From: Deinococcales bacterium | Lineage (GTDB): Bacteria > Deinococcota > Deinococci > Deinococcales > JAAFIG01 | Assembly (NCBI GenBank): GCA_025359505.1 | Contig: JANYHH010000005.1 | Location: 14,376 to 78,375 of the forward strand | Direction of reading: 5' to 3' | DNA: 64,000 nt | Shown: positions 16,702 through 24,830 of the stretch, piece after piece | Layout of the letters: each line of letters starts with the position of its first letter | Position numbering within the stretch: position 1 is the first letter of the stretch | Notes under the pieces: model-generated | Seen by the model: only the letters and a program-made list of their open reading frames with translations | Database searches by the model: none | What the model was told of the DNA's origin: nothing | Position numbers and translations under genes: made by a program

Positions 16702-18476
16702 ACGTACCCTCCGTTCATTTGCACCGCTTGCCAGACGCGAGTTGCGTCTGAGTTTCCGTACAGCGCTCGAGTAATTTCGAGTTCGAGTGCTGTGAAAACC
16801 ACTGGGGTCACGACTTTCTGTAAGGCGGGCATTAATCCAAACGACCGCCCGATATCAAAAGCCCCGCGTTGACACGCCTCCCGCAACCAATCGGGCAAAG
16901 CGTCAGTGTAAGCTGCCTCGAGCAGTCCGACGACCAATCGAGCGGGCATCACCGCCTCAAACCAGTACGACACATCGCCAAATGGTCGGTACAGGCAGGA
17001 TCGCAGTCCTTCGGCTTGACCACCACCTGCTCGAGCGGTTCCAACCAGGTTCATGCCGAACGCCTCGAGGGTCAGTTCGGCGATTTGGATTGGACGCAAC
17101 CCCGCACAACCATATACGGTGGCTGGGCGCGTGTGAAGGTTAATAATGCACGCTATTCCAGCCTCAATCAGAATTTCGTCAATGCCGCCAATCGCGGCGA
17201 TGAACGCAAGAGCGTACGGCGTCAGCAATTGCAGCGAAGGCAGCAAGCGCTCGAGCGCCAAGGGTTGCAGCCGACGCAGGCACTGCTGAATCGGCAAGAC
17301 GCTGTGTTGATACAAGCTGCGCTTGCCGCCCGCAAAGGGAACCCTGAGGGCAGTCTCGAGCGTGATAAAAAGCGTTAAAACCTCGACCCACAACGGTTGC
17401 GATTGTTTACCTGTTGTGTCTGGAAGTGATCGAATCGCAATCCCGTAGTCACCTGCCCGTAGTGAGCAGAGGGTTGCAAACGCCCGCTCGAAATTGGCAG
17501 ACCACGTGGCTTGGTTGTGTGCCGTATGGGCGATTTTGTTGCGGGCTTCCCGAAACAGCGCGGGACGGGATTCTTCAACCGGCGAGCATTGCAAAGCACG
17601 TTGCAGCGCAACATAGGCTTGGACGGGCATTGAGAGACGGTTCGGAAGCCTGTCAAATTCGATGGCTCGAGGAGCGTGGCGCAAAGTCATCGCCTGCAAT
17701 CCTTTGGCAATCTCGCTGAGTTCAGACGGTTCCACACCTTCCTCCCGCCCATGCTGATCAAGCATCATCGAGACGCCGATAAAATCACCGCACCAAAACA
17801 GTGCCGTTGCGAGATCGACTCCACTTTGCATGGCGAACGCCGCGTGTTCCTGAGCCTGATTGAGTTGTTGGAATTGCCCCAGTGCAGCCAGTGAATTGCC
17901 TTGATACAGCAAGGCGCGGGCGAGCAGTGCCTTGCCACTGAACGCGAAGGTCTTTAAACCAATGCTCGGGGTGAGCGTGACCAGCTTTGACGCGTGGAGG
18001 CGCATCGCATCGAAATCCTCGCTGATATTGTAGCTCTCCGCCAGCGAGAAATGAATTCGCATCTCGAGTTCCAAACTGAGCAGGTTGTGTGGGAAATGCT
18101 CGAGCTGCGCAAGTAAATCGTGTAGGGTGTGAATCGCAGCGTCCGCGAAGATCGGCGCTTCGAGATCGTCGCGGTAGCTGCCGCGAATCACGAGAAACGC
18201 TGAAAGGTAGCGCCCAAACCAGCGCAAAACAATTTCGGGAGATTGCATCAACTGGCCCGCAAGGCGATGCGCCTCGAGCCTGTGGTTTGGTTCGGCGCTC
18301 AGTATCTGCGCTGCTCGCAGCAATGCAAAGTCGTCGCCCGTGTCTTCAAGGGTTCGTGCCAATTCCAAGCGCGTGCGTCCGGCCGCGAGAAACGCCTCGC
18401 GCCAACGCTCATACTGCGCGGGAACCGCGAAATCCGTTAGCACATCCTTTAGTAGTCGCCACTCAGTGGTGAGCAT
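16698..18476 (-). CDS. Large hypothetical protein (592 aa), helical-repeat-like
   Basis: Long ORF that is first in the minus-strand operon. No catalytic or NTPase motif recognised. Confidence 0.55.
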   Translation of the reverse strand: MLTTEWRLLKDVLTDFAVPAQYERWREAFLAAGRTRLELARTLEDTGDDFALLRAAQILSAEPNHRLEAHRLAGQLMQSPEIVLRWFGRYLSAFLVIRGSYRDDLEAPIFADAAIHTLHDLLAQLEHFPHNLLSLELEMRIHFSLAESYNISEDFDAMRLHASKLVTLTPSIGLKTFAFSGKALLARALLYQGNSLAALGQFQQLNQAQEHAAFAMQSGVDLATALFWCGDFIGVSMMLDQHGREEGVEPSELSEIAKGLQAMTLRHAPRAIEFDRLPNRLSMPVQAYVALQRALQCSPVEESRPALFREARNKIAHTAHNQATWSANFERAFATLCSLRAGDYGIAIRSLPDTTGKQSQPLWVEVLTLFITLETALRVPFAGGKRSLYQHSVLPIQQCLRRLQPLALERLLPSLQLLTPYALAFIAAIGGIDEILIEAGIACIINLHTRPATVYGCAGLRPIQIAELTLEAFGMNLVGTARAGGGQAEGLRSCLYRPFGDVSYWFEAVMPARLVVGLLEAAYTDALPDWLREACQRGAFDIGRSFGLMPALQKVVTPVVFTALELEITRALYGNSDATRVWQAVQMNGGYV

Positions 18477-18540
18477 GAGATCCTTTCGGCTGGCTCAATG
18501 CGTTCCTTGAAAAAGGCTACACGAACTCTTTTAGAGTTTT

Positions 18541-18559
18541 GCGACACTTGCGCGACACT
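18541..18559. promoter_or_regulatory. Left arm of a 19-bp perfect inverted repeat in the divergent promoter region
   Basis: GCGACACTTGCGCGACACT. Its exact reverse complement lies at 18663-18681. Confidence 0.4.
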
Positions 18560-18662
18560 TCGCTTGAGATTGTCCCATACGGCTTGAGTAGCGCAGTTGG
18601 TGCTTTTGGAAAAATGAAAATATGAGAGTGATTTCGATGTCGTGGCAGATCAGAGATGGGCG

Positions 18663-18681
18663 AGTGTCGCGCAAGTGTCGC
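18663..18681. promoter_or_regulatory. Right arm of the 19-bp perfect inverted repeat
   Basis: AGTGTCGCGCAAGTGTCGC, the reverse complement of 18541-18559, with 103 bp between the arms. Confidence 0.4.
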
Positions 18682-18762
18682 GCTAGATTGTCAAATCGCT
18701 AACTATGCTGGTTTCGATACTCGAGCGTGGAGTCCTCTTCGCCCGCGCCATTGAGGTCTTGC

Positions 18763-20916
18763 ATGACCCACGACGGTACAGCACACGCTGAAACTCGAGA
18801 TGATTCGGACGACGATCAAATCGCGCTTCTATCACGCGAGCAGGCGCTAGAGTTGATTCCCGTTTTGCTGGTTGAGGGCGCGACGCGCTCGGCGACGGAA
18901 CTAAGCCAGCTCATCAGCTCGAGAGCGGAGAGTGAGCTGTGGGACGCGTTCCCGTTGCAAGCGGCTGTTCAAGCGGGTCGTTACGCCGATGGTATCGCGT
19001 TGTTTGAGGCTCGAGACTGTAAAGTGCTCGTCAGTACCCAGGTTCATCGGATGGTCGGGCTTTGTTATGGCTTAGAAGGTGCGAGTCATATCGCCCGCCA
19101 CCACCTATTGATCGCCAAGCGGCTTGGCGTAACGCTGGCAATGCTTGACCTGATTGACCTCGAGCTACGAGAACTTCGCCCAGTCGCAGCCTTACGCTGG
19201 CTCGAGGAAGCGCGAAAAACGCCAGTTTTTGCGGAAGCGCATTCTGGTGTTTTACACCACCGCAGCGGACGTATCCACGACGCACTCGGTAATGCTGAGC
19301 AGGCGCGTTTGGATTACTGTCATGCGATTGATGAAATCGGGTCGGTCGTGTCTGAGCGGGCGTTACTGGTGAACAATCTAGTCGACTTCGCCAAGCTGGA
19401 ATATGGATTGGCTCGGTTCAATCAAGCCTATGAACTTTACGCTCGAGCGCAGCGACTGACCGCATCGTCAGACCTCCAGCGGCTGCTCAAGGTGAAACAG
19501 CAGTTGTGTCTGGCATGTGTCGGATTCGGTCTTGAAGGTGAAATACTGGTCACTGAAAAGCCTTTTACCGACGGCGAAATTCGCATTGAGGTACTGCTCG
19601 ACCTCACGTGGCTTGCCCGATTAAACAACAAGCTCGAGGATGCGAATCGCTTTCTGAGTGAGGTCATGGGCACTCGAGGTGGATCGCCTGCGTTGCGGTT
19701 CGCCATCATCACTCGCACTGTTGCCCTCTTCCCAACGATTCGAGGGCAAGTACCTCACGACGAGCTGGCATCGTTGCTCGAGCCGGGCCTGACCGGGCAA
19801 CACCTCGAGGCGCTAGGGGAACTTGTTCAACTCGCAGTGCAACTCACTCAAGGAGTTGATGTGGACACGGTTGCCTCACTGGATCACGTGATCGAATCGC
19901 TGTCCAGCCAGACGCCACCTCTTGAGATCGGGTTCGCATGGACGCTGCGGGCAGAAGCGCTGCTGGCACTCGGTCGCCTCGAGCAAGCCAGACGCGACGC
20001 TCTGCGGCTCGTCGCGTGGTGGCAGGCGCATCAACATACGCCAGTGCTGCGGATGTGGCTCGATCATGCCCCGCGCTTGAGCTTGTGGATGCGGCGGTCG
20101 GGCGATCCGAGGCTCAGACTCGTTCACGCGCACGTGCAAGTAGCTCAACCGAACACTGTCCCCTCGCTACGACTCATCACCCTGACTGCACGACCAGAGC
20201 TATTGCTCGAGGATCAGCCCTTACCGCTCGGCAATCGCCATGTCGTGCCGTTGCTGGCATATTTGCGCTCGCGGGGAGAGGATGGCGCGAGCATCTCTGA
20301 GGTTGGGCGAGATTTGTACCCAGAGTTGCGCGGCGAGCGGCTGCGAAATCGCGTTAAAAACGCCCGCATTGACTTGCAAAACGCCGTGTCGCCTGATCTC
20401 CTGACCATCGCCTCGGAGGGCGGCACGCGCTCGATGCGTTTACGTCTCGAGACTGGCACGCAATCAATACTCGAGTGGGATCTCGAGGAGCTGCACCGCG
20501 CTTTGGGCGTGGGTGGCAGCGATTGGGTGTGGCTGCTGACGGGAGTTCAAGGCACTTTTCTCGAGGGTCACGACGAAGGAAACGGCGAGGGTTGGATTGC
20601 AGCGATGCGCGACCAGTTCAGCGCTCACCTGCTCGAGCGAGCGGCGCACCTGATCGGTGTTTGGTTCGCCGCTGGGCGGCTCGAGGATGTGCGGTCGTTG
20701 GCGGCAATGTTGCTGGAACGCGGTTTGCTCGACCTCGAGCATCCGCTGGCTGAAGTCATCGCTGGCTTTGACGTGCGGGCGGCGGGAACGCTGCTTGGTA
20801 GTGAAGCGGCCCTCGCCACGTGGACAGCTCAAAAAGCCCGATTTAGAAGTGCGTACATTGCTTCACCAACGCTCGATGCGATGACACTCGATGGCTTCAG
20901 CTCGAGCAGCCTCTGA
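18763..20916 (+). CDS. Large regulator: N-terminal TPR-like repeats followed by a C-terminal OmpR-type winged helix and a BTAD-like (SARP-type) region
   Basis: A C-terminal segment (LRLITLTARPELLLEDQPLPLGNRHVVPLLAYLRS...SISEVGRDLYPE...NRVKNARIDLQ) resembles SARP/OmpR DNA-binding domains. GAGG lies 6 nt upstream of the ATG at 18763. Confidence 0.55.
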   Translation: MTHDGTAHAETRDDSDDDQIALLSREQALELIPVLLVEGATRSATELSQLISSRAESELWDAFPLQAAVQAGRYADGIALFEARDCKVLVSTQVHRMVGLCYGLEGASHIARHHLLIAKRLGVTLAMLDLIDLELRELRPVAALRWLEEARKTPVFAEAHSGVLHHRSGRIHDALGNAEQARLDYCHAIDEIGSVVSERALLVNNLVDFAKLEYGLARFNQAYELYARAQRLTASSDLQRLLKVKQQLCLACVGFGLEGEILVTEKPFTDGEIRIEVLLDLTWLARLNNKLEDANRFLSEVMGTRGGSPALRFAIITRTVALFPTIRGQVPHDELASLLEPGLTGQHLEALGELVQLAVQLTQGVDVDTVASLDHVIESLSSQTPPLEIGFAWTLRAEALLALGRLEQARRDALRLVAWWQAHQHTPVLRMWLDHAPRLSLWMRRSGDPRLRLVHAHVQVAQPNTVPSLRLITLTARPELLLEDQPLPLGNRHVVPLLAYLRSRGEDGASISEVGRDLYPELRGERLRNRVKNARIDLQNAVSPDLLTIASEGGTRSMRLRLETGTQSILEWDLEELHRALGVGGSDWVWLLTGVQGTFLEGHDEGNGEGWIAAMRDQFSAHLLERAAHLIGVWFAAGRLEDVRSLAAMLLERGLLDLEHPLAEVIAGFDVRAAGTLLGSEAALATWTAQKARFRSAYIASPTLDAMTLDGFSSSSL

Positions 20917-20979
20917 CAAACTGAATCCTAACCGAATCGCTTTGTATCGTCTGAATCAGTTCTTCAAGGGGGTGCAAAC

Positions 20980-21210
20980 GTGCAAACCAGTCCCGACGCG
21001 ATGCAATCCGAAATAGTCGCCAGCAACGAAGCCTCACTGTCGCGCTTGACGCTCAATAATGAGCAACTGCAAGAACTGACGGGACTCGGACGCGACAAGA
21101 TTCTCGAGTTGCTGCGCTCGGGCAGGATTCCATCGGTGCGGGTTGGTCGGCGGTACTTGGTCACGCGAGCGCATCTCGAAGCGTTTCTCAGCGGATCGCG
21201 CTCCAAGTAA
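20980..21210 (+). CDS. xis: Excisionase-family helix-turn-helix DNA-binding protein
   Basis: LTLNNEQLQELTGLGRDKILELLRSGRIPSVRVGRRYLVTRAHLEAFL is the MerR-like excisionase HTH. Located directly upstream of the integrase. Confidence 0.7.
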   Translation: MQTSPDAMQSEIVASNEASLSRLTLNNEQLQELTGLGRDKILELLRSGRIPSVRVGRRYLVTRAHLEAFLSGSRSK

Positions 21211-21320
21211 TACGTTTCCAGCATATCTTTTTCACAATGTTTTGCTCGAGACTGAATCGCTCACTCGCTTTCCCGGAAGGTGATCTGGCGAAAGAGTTTG
21301 AGCCGTCAGGTGGGTAGGAA

Positions 21321-22586
21321 ATGGGAAAGCGTAACCACGGTGAAGGTACATTCACGAAACGGCGCGATCAAAATGGCAAGGTTATCGGCTATCGAGGCGC
21401 TGTGATCGTCGGGTTCAAGCTCGATGGCACTACGGATCGGCGCTGGATCAGTGGGCGCACGCCGGACGAGGTGCGAAGCAAGATGGAAGAACTGAAAACC
21501 GCTCGCAACAGCGGTGTGATCTGGAGCAGTGAGCGCCTGACGGTCAAGGAATTCTTGGTGCGCTGGATCAATCATAAAAAGATGGACGGCACGCGCCTGA
21601 AAACAACTTCGCGATACGAGCAGATCGTGGTCAAACAACTGATTCCCACGCTTGGCAGGATCAGTCTCGAGAAACTCGTGCCGCTCGAGGTTGAAGCGTC
21701 ACTGCAAACCATTCGCGCAGCCTCGAGCGTCAAGTCGGCGCGACGTGCAAGGACGACGCTCTCGATGGCGCTCAATCAAGCGGTGCGTTGGCGCATCGTG
21801 CCATTTAACGTTTGCCACAGCGTCAGGCCGCCCGCGATTCCCAACGACGAGGAAGCGGTGGCACGTTGCTGGTCGGCCGCCGAGGTCGTGCGCTTCCTTG
21901 AGGTGGCGCATTCGCACCGCCTATACGCGCTTTTTCATCTTGGTGTGATGACCGGGATGCGGCCATGCGAGTTGTTAGGGTTGCGCTGGAAAGATGTGGA
22001 TTTCGAGGCTGGACTAATTCGAGTCGAGCAGGACGCGGTGCTGATTGGCGGCAAAATGCACATCGGTGCAGTGAAAACCAAGACGAGCCGCCGCACCGTA
22101 ACGATTCCTGCCGATACGGTTCTCGAGTTACAAAGGCATTTTGAGCGGCAGCAACTCGAGCGCGAACGGTTGGAGCATCCCAGCGCCGACGCACTAAGAA
22201 TGCGCGAGCGGCGGCTGACCCCGGCACTGACTTACGACACCAGCGACTTTGTGTTTGCCAATGAATTGGGAGGCGTGACGAATTACCACAACTTGTACCG
22301 CGTACTTCAAACATTGATGGTTAAGGCAGACGTGACCCGCATTGGCTTACATGGGATGCGCCACACCCATGCGAGCATTTTGATTCAGCGCGGCGTTAAG
22401 CCAACAGTGGTTGCGGATCGGCTGGGGCACAAAGACATCGCATTCACCTTGAAGACCTACGCCCATCTCTTTGACGAGCAGCGGCGCGAGGCGGCGATGC
22501 CAATGGCGGACTTCCTCGGAACTCGAGAGACTGCTCCCGAAGTTCAACGCCCAATCATTGCGCCCGTCATCCGAGTCCTTAATTAA
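21321..22586 (+). CDS. int: Tyrosine recombinase / phage-type integrase
   Basis: The C-terminal catalytic region reads GMRPCELLGLRW...HGMRHTHASILIQRG...LGHKDIAFTLKTYAHL (R..HxxR..Y). Adjacent to the tRNA 3' end. Confidence 0.9.
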   Translation: MGKRNHGEGTFTKRRDQNGKVIGYRGAVIVGFKLDGTTDRRWISGRTPDEVRSKMEELKTARNSGVIWSSERLTVKEFLVRWINHKKMDGTRLKTTSRYEQIVVKQLIPTLGRISLEKLVPLEVEASLQTIRAASSVKSARRARTTLSMALNQAVRWRIVPFNVCHSVRPPAIPNDEEAVARCWSAAEVVRFLEVAHSHRLYALFHLGVMTGMRPCELLGLRWKDVDFEAGLIRVEQDAVLIGGKMHIGAVKTKTSRRTVTIPADTVLELQRHFERQQLERERLEHPSADALRMRERRLTPALTYDTSDFVFANELGGVTNYHNLYRVLQTLMVKADVTRIGLHGMRHTHASILIQRGVKPTVVADRLGHKDIAFTLKTYAHLFDEQRREAAMPMADFLGTRETAPEVQRPIIAPVIRVLN

Positions 22587-22634
22587 TCTCATTGTGCCAT
22601 GATTGTGCCATCTAATCGAAATCAGCGAAAAGCA

Positions 22635-22666
22635 GAGGGACGAGGTTTTAAAAAACCTCGTCCCTC
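22635..22666. terminator. Hairpin between the integrase stop and the tRNA 3' end
   Basis: GAGGGACGAGG-ttttaaaaaa-CCTCGTCCCTC, an 11-bp stem with an A/T-rich loop. Confidence 0.45.
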
Positions 22667-22679
22667 ACGCTCTACATCT

Positions 22680-22753
22680 TGGCTGGGGCACGTGGATTCG
22701 AACCACGATTAACGGATCCAAAGACCGTTGTCCTGCCATTAGACGATGCCCCA
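22680..22753 (-). tRNA. tRNA-Gln (anticodon UUG), with CCA encoded
   Basis: The reverse complement TGGGGCATCGTCTAATGGCAGGACAACGGTCTTTGGATCCGTTAATCGTGGTTCGAATCCACGTGCCCCAGCCA folds by hand into a cloverleaf. It has a 7-bp acceptor stem, D and T arms (TTCGAAT loop), the anticodon loop CTTTGGA, and the discriminator G plus CCA typical of tRNA-Gln. Confidence 0.9.
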
Positions 22754-23036
22754 GCGCGGGCTGTCAACAAGGACAACGGGCAGTAGTGTAATGAATTATC
22801 GCGGGCAGGTCAAGAAATGGTTTTCCGGCCACAGGGCAAACGACTCACTCGAGTCAATCTCTGAGAGTCTGATTCCTGAGAGGCTTGCCTCGAAGTCGCA
22901 ACGCTCGAGTGATATGACGAACCAGACTGGTCGCTCGAGAAGATTGAAAGCCGTTGATCCCTCGAAATTCTTGATTTGCTCAGGGTTTTTCAACGGGCTT
23001 TCAAACGCTCAGCTTCAATGCGAGAATGTCCCCAGA

Positions 23037-23477
23037 ATGGAGATACAGCTTCAGCTCAATATCACGGTGCTCGGGGCGTTCCGCGTGACCCTGCCGGGCG
23101 GTTTCGAGGTGCGTTTCGATTCCAAGCTCAGCCGCGCACTGCCGGCGTATTTGAGCGTGCACCCGCGCACGGTGTTCTCCCGCGATGCACTGGCGAACAC
23201 ACTGTGGGCGGACGACGAACCAGAGGACGGGCGACGCAAACTCAGCCAAACCTTGTGGAAATTGCGGCGCTCCCTGAACGGCAACCTGCCGCTGCGTTTC
23301 GAGCGTGACACCGTGCAACTGGATACGGCGCGGGTCAAGCTGGATTTATTGACGGCTTGGAGCTTACTCGGGGAGGACAGCCCACCGATGGAAACCGCGC
23401 TCGAGCCAGCCCACACCACGCAACTCACCGCACTGGTGACAACAGTGCTTTTGGAGGGTATCAGCGCTGAACGGTAA
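23037..23477 (+). CDS. Short SARP/OmpR-type winged-helix protein, possibly a truncated SARP-like regulator
   Basis: LNITVLGAFRVTLPGG...RALPAYLSVHP...SRDALANTLWADDEPEDGRRKLSQTLWKLRRSL. It ends soon after the start of a BTAD-like segment. The ORF-track start at 22746 overlaps the tRNA, so it was rejected. Confidence 0.45.
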   Translation: MEIQLQLNITVLGAFRVTLPGGFEVRFDSKLSRALPAYLSVHPRTVFSRDALANTLWADDEPEDGRRKLSQTLWKLRRSLNGNLPLRFERDTVQLDTARVKLDLLTAWSLLGEDSPPMETALEPAHTTQLTALVTTVLLEGISAER

Positions 23478-23503
23478 CTCAGAGTAAACCAGAGCTTTTA
23501 GGC

Positions 23504-23540
23504 ACAAATGCACCGCTTGAAACTCGAGCGGTGCATTTGT
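23504..23540 (+). terminator. Hairpin downstream of the SARP-like ORF
   Basis: ACAAATGCACCGC-ttgaaactcga-GCGGTGCATTTGT, a 13-bp stem with no clear T-tract. Confidence 0.35.
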
Positions 23541-23733
23541 TGATGCTCGAGCGTTGCTCCGTGTTGGGCAGGCGAGAACATAGCGCTGATCGGCGCTGCC
23601 GCACACTGGTGACAGGTGGTACGATCCTCAGTCCAGACGCACTCGAGGCGCGATAGTAACTGGGGAAAACTCTAGGTGTAGCGTTTTTTGAATTGCTCGA
23701 GGATCACAAGCAGACATGCTTGAGCCATACTCT

Positions 23734-23886
23734 TCAGCCGATCATGGCGCGGCTGGCAACGCGGTGACGGCGCAACATATCCTCCAAATTTAGCGTTATC
23801 AACTGCCCGTTTTGTACGATCACGCGCCCGTTGACCATGCTCCAATCCCGGCTCGAGGCGCGTCGCATTTGTTCAAGACAGTTCGG
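23734..23886 (-). pseudogene. Possible remnant of the C-terminus of an amidohydrolase-superfamily (deaminase-like) gene
   Basis: The short ORF ...SRDWSMVNGRVIVQNGQLITLNLEDMLRRHRVASRAMIG* resembles, from memory, the extreme C-terminus of amidohydrolases. There is no upstream continuation because an in-frame stop precedes it. Confidence 0.3.
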
Positions 23887-23917
23887 TCAGCAGCGCGTAG
23901 ACTCGAGCGGTACTCCT

Positions 23918-24778
23918 ATGGACTACCGTGAGCATCAACCCCACCTAAGCTTGCGCGACAGCGTGCGCTGCTACTGGTCGCTTTCGTCCCTGCACACTTC
24001 AGCGACCGAGCAGCACTGGTTCTGTCCCGAGAGCGTGGTGCGCTTGGTGTTTTACAGCGGCGAGGCGTACATGGACGATACGGCCGGGCGACTGAGGCCG
24101 CTCGAGGCGGTCTACGTGCTGGGCTTGCGCGATGCGGCGATGACCATGGTTTCAAAGGGCATGACCCACGCGCTGGGCGTGGAACTTTACCCTTGGGGCG
24201 CGTTGCGCTTGCTGGGGTTGCAACGCGGCTCACTGAACGTCTTCGAGCGCGACTTGGGGCAACGTTGTCGCAGCCTCGCCAAAGCTATCGGGGGACTGCT
24301 CGAAACTGGCGATCTACCCGAAGCACTGGGGCTGCTCGAGGCTTGGTTGCTTGGCTTGGCGGGTCAGACGGCGCAGGAACCAACCGCTGCGATTGAAGCG
24401 GCGACGCTGCTGTACGCCAGTCACGGCAGCGTCAGGATTCTCGAGATCGCCGAGAGACTTCAAATCGGCGTGCGGCAACTCGAGCGCGGTTTCGCCGAGG
24501 ACATCGGGATGCCCCCGAAAGCGCTGGCTCGGGTGATTCGCTTCGAGCGAGCGTATCAGCAGCTTTGGCGAGCGCCGACCCAGAATTTGTCGCAACTCGC
24601 ATTTGAACTGGGTTACGCGGATCAAGCGCACCTGACCCGCGACTTTCAGGGCTTCGCGCTGACCACGCCTGCGGCGTTTGTGAAAATGGCGCAGGCTAGA
24701 TTGCGGCGGGCCCACATGACGGCTGAAGCCGCGATCACGCCCGCACCCGTCTTTGAGACTCGAGCGCTAAGTTGGTAA
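23918..24778 (+). CDS. AraC/XylS-family transcriptional regulator
   Basis: The C-terminal HTH reads ILEIAERLQIGVRQLERGF...LSQLAFELGYADQAHLTRDFQ. I chose the ATG at 23918 (MDYREHQP...). Confidence 0.8.
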   Translation: MDYREHQPHLSLRDSVRCYWSLSSLHTSATEQHWFCPESVVRLVFYSGEAYMDDTAGRLRPLEAVYVLGLRDAAMTMVSKGMTHALGVELYPWGALRLLGLQRGSLNVFERDLGQRCRSLAKAIGGLLETGDLPEALGLLEAWLLGLAGQTAQEPTAAIEAATLLYASHGSVRILEIAERLQIGVRQLERGFAEDIGMPPKALARVIRFERAYQQLWRAPTQNLSQLAFELGYADQAHLTRDFQGFALTTPAAFVKMAQARLRRAHMTAEAAITPAPVFETRALSW

Positions 24779-24830
24779 CGTGTCGCCTTTGTTCAAGCCA
24801 GATCGCTCGAGTCGTTGATACCTTAGCGGC

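Larger units (their letters stand above)
3097..22679. mobile_element. Putative integrative element at the 3' end of tRNA-Gln. The right end is defined by xis-int-tRNA; the left end was not identified and may lie further left, even outside the window.
   Basis: A tyrosine integrase and excisionase sit next to the tRNA 3' end. Cargo genes are typical of plasmids and ICEs (methylase-SNF2 fusion, ParB-like, DUF932). I could not find a direct repeat of the tRNA 3' end by eye. Confidence 0.5.

Noticed and set aside
22746-23036. The long N-terminal extension of the SARP-like ORF
   Set aside because: It begins inside the tRNA-Gln gene and crosses the tRNA promoter region. SARP-type proteins start close to the winged helix, so I preferred the start at 23037.
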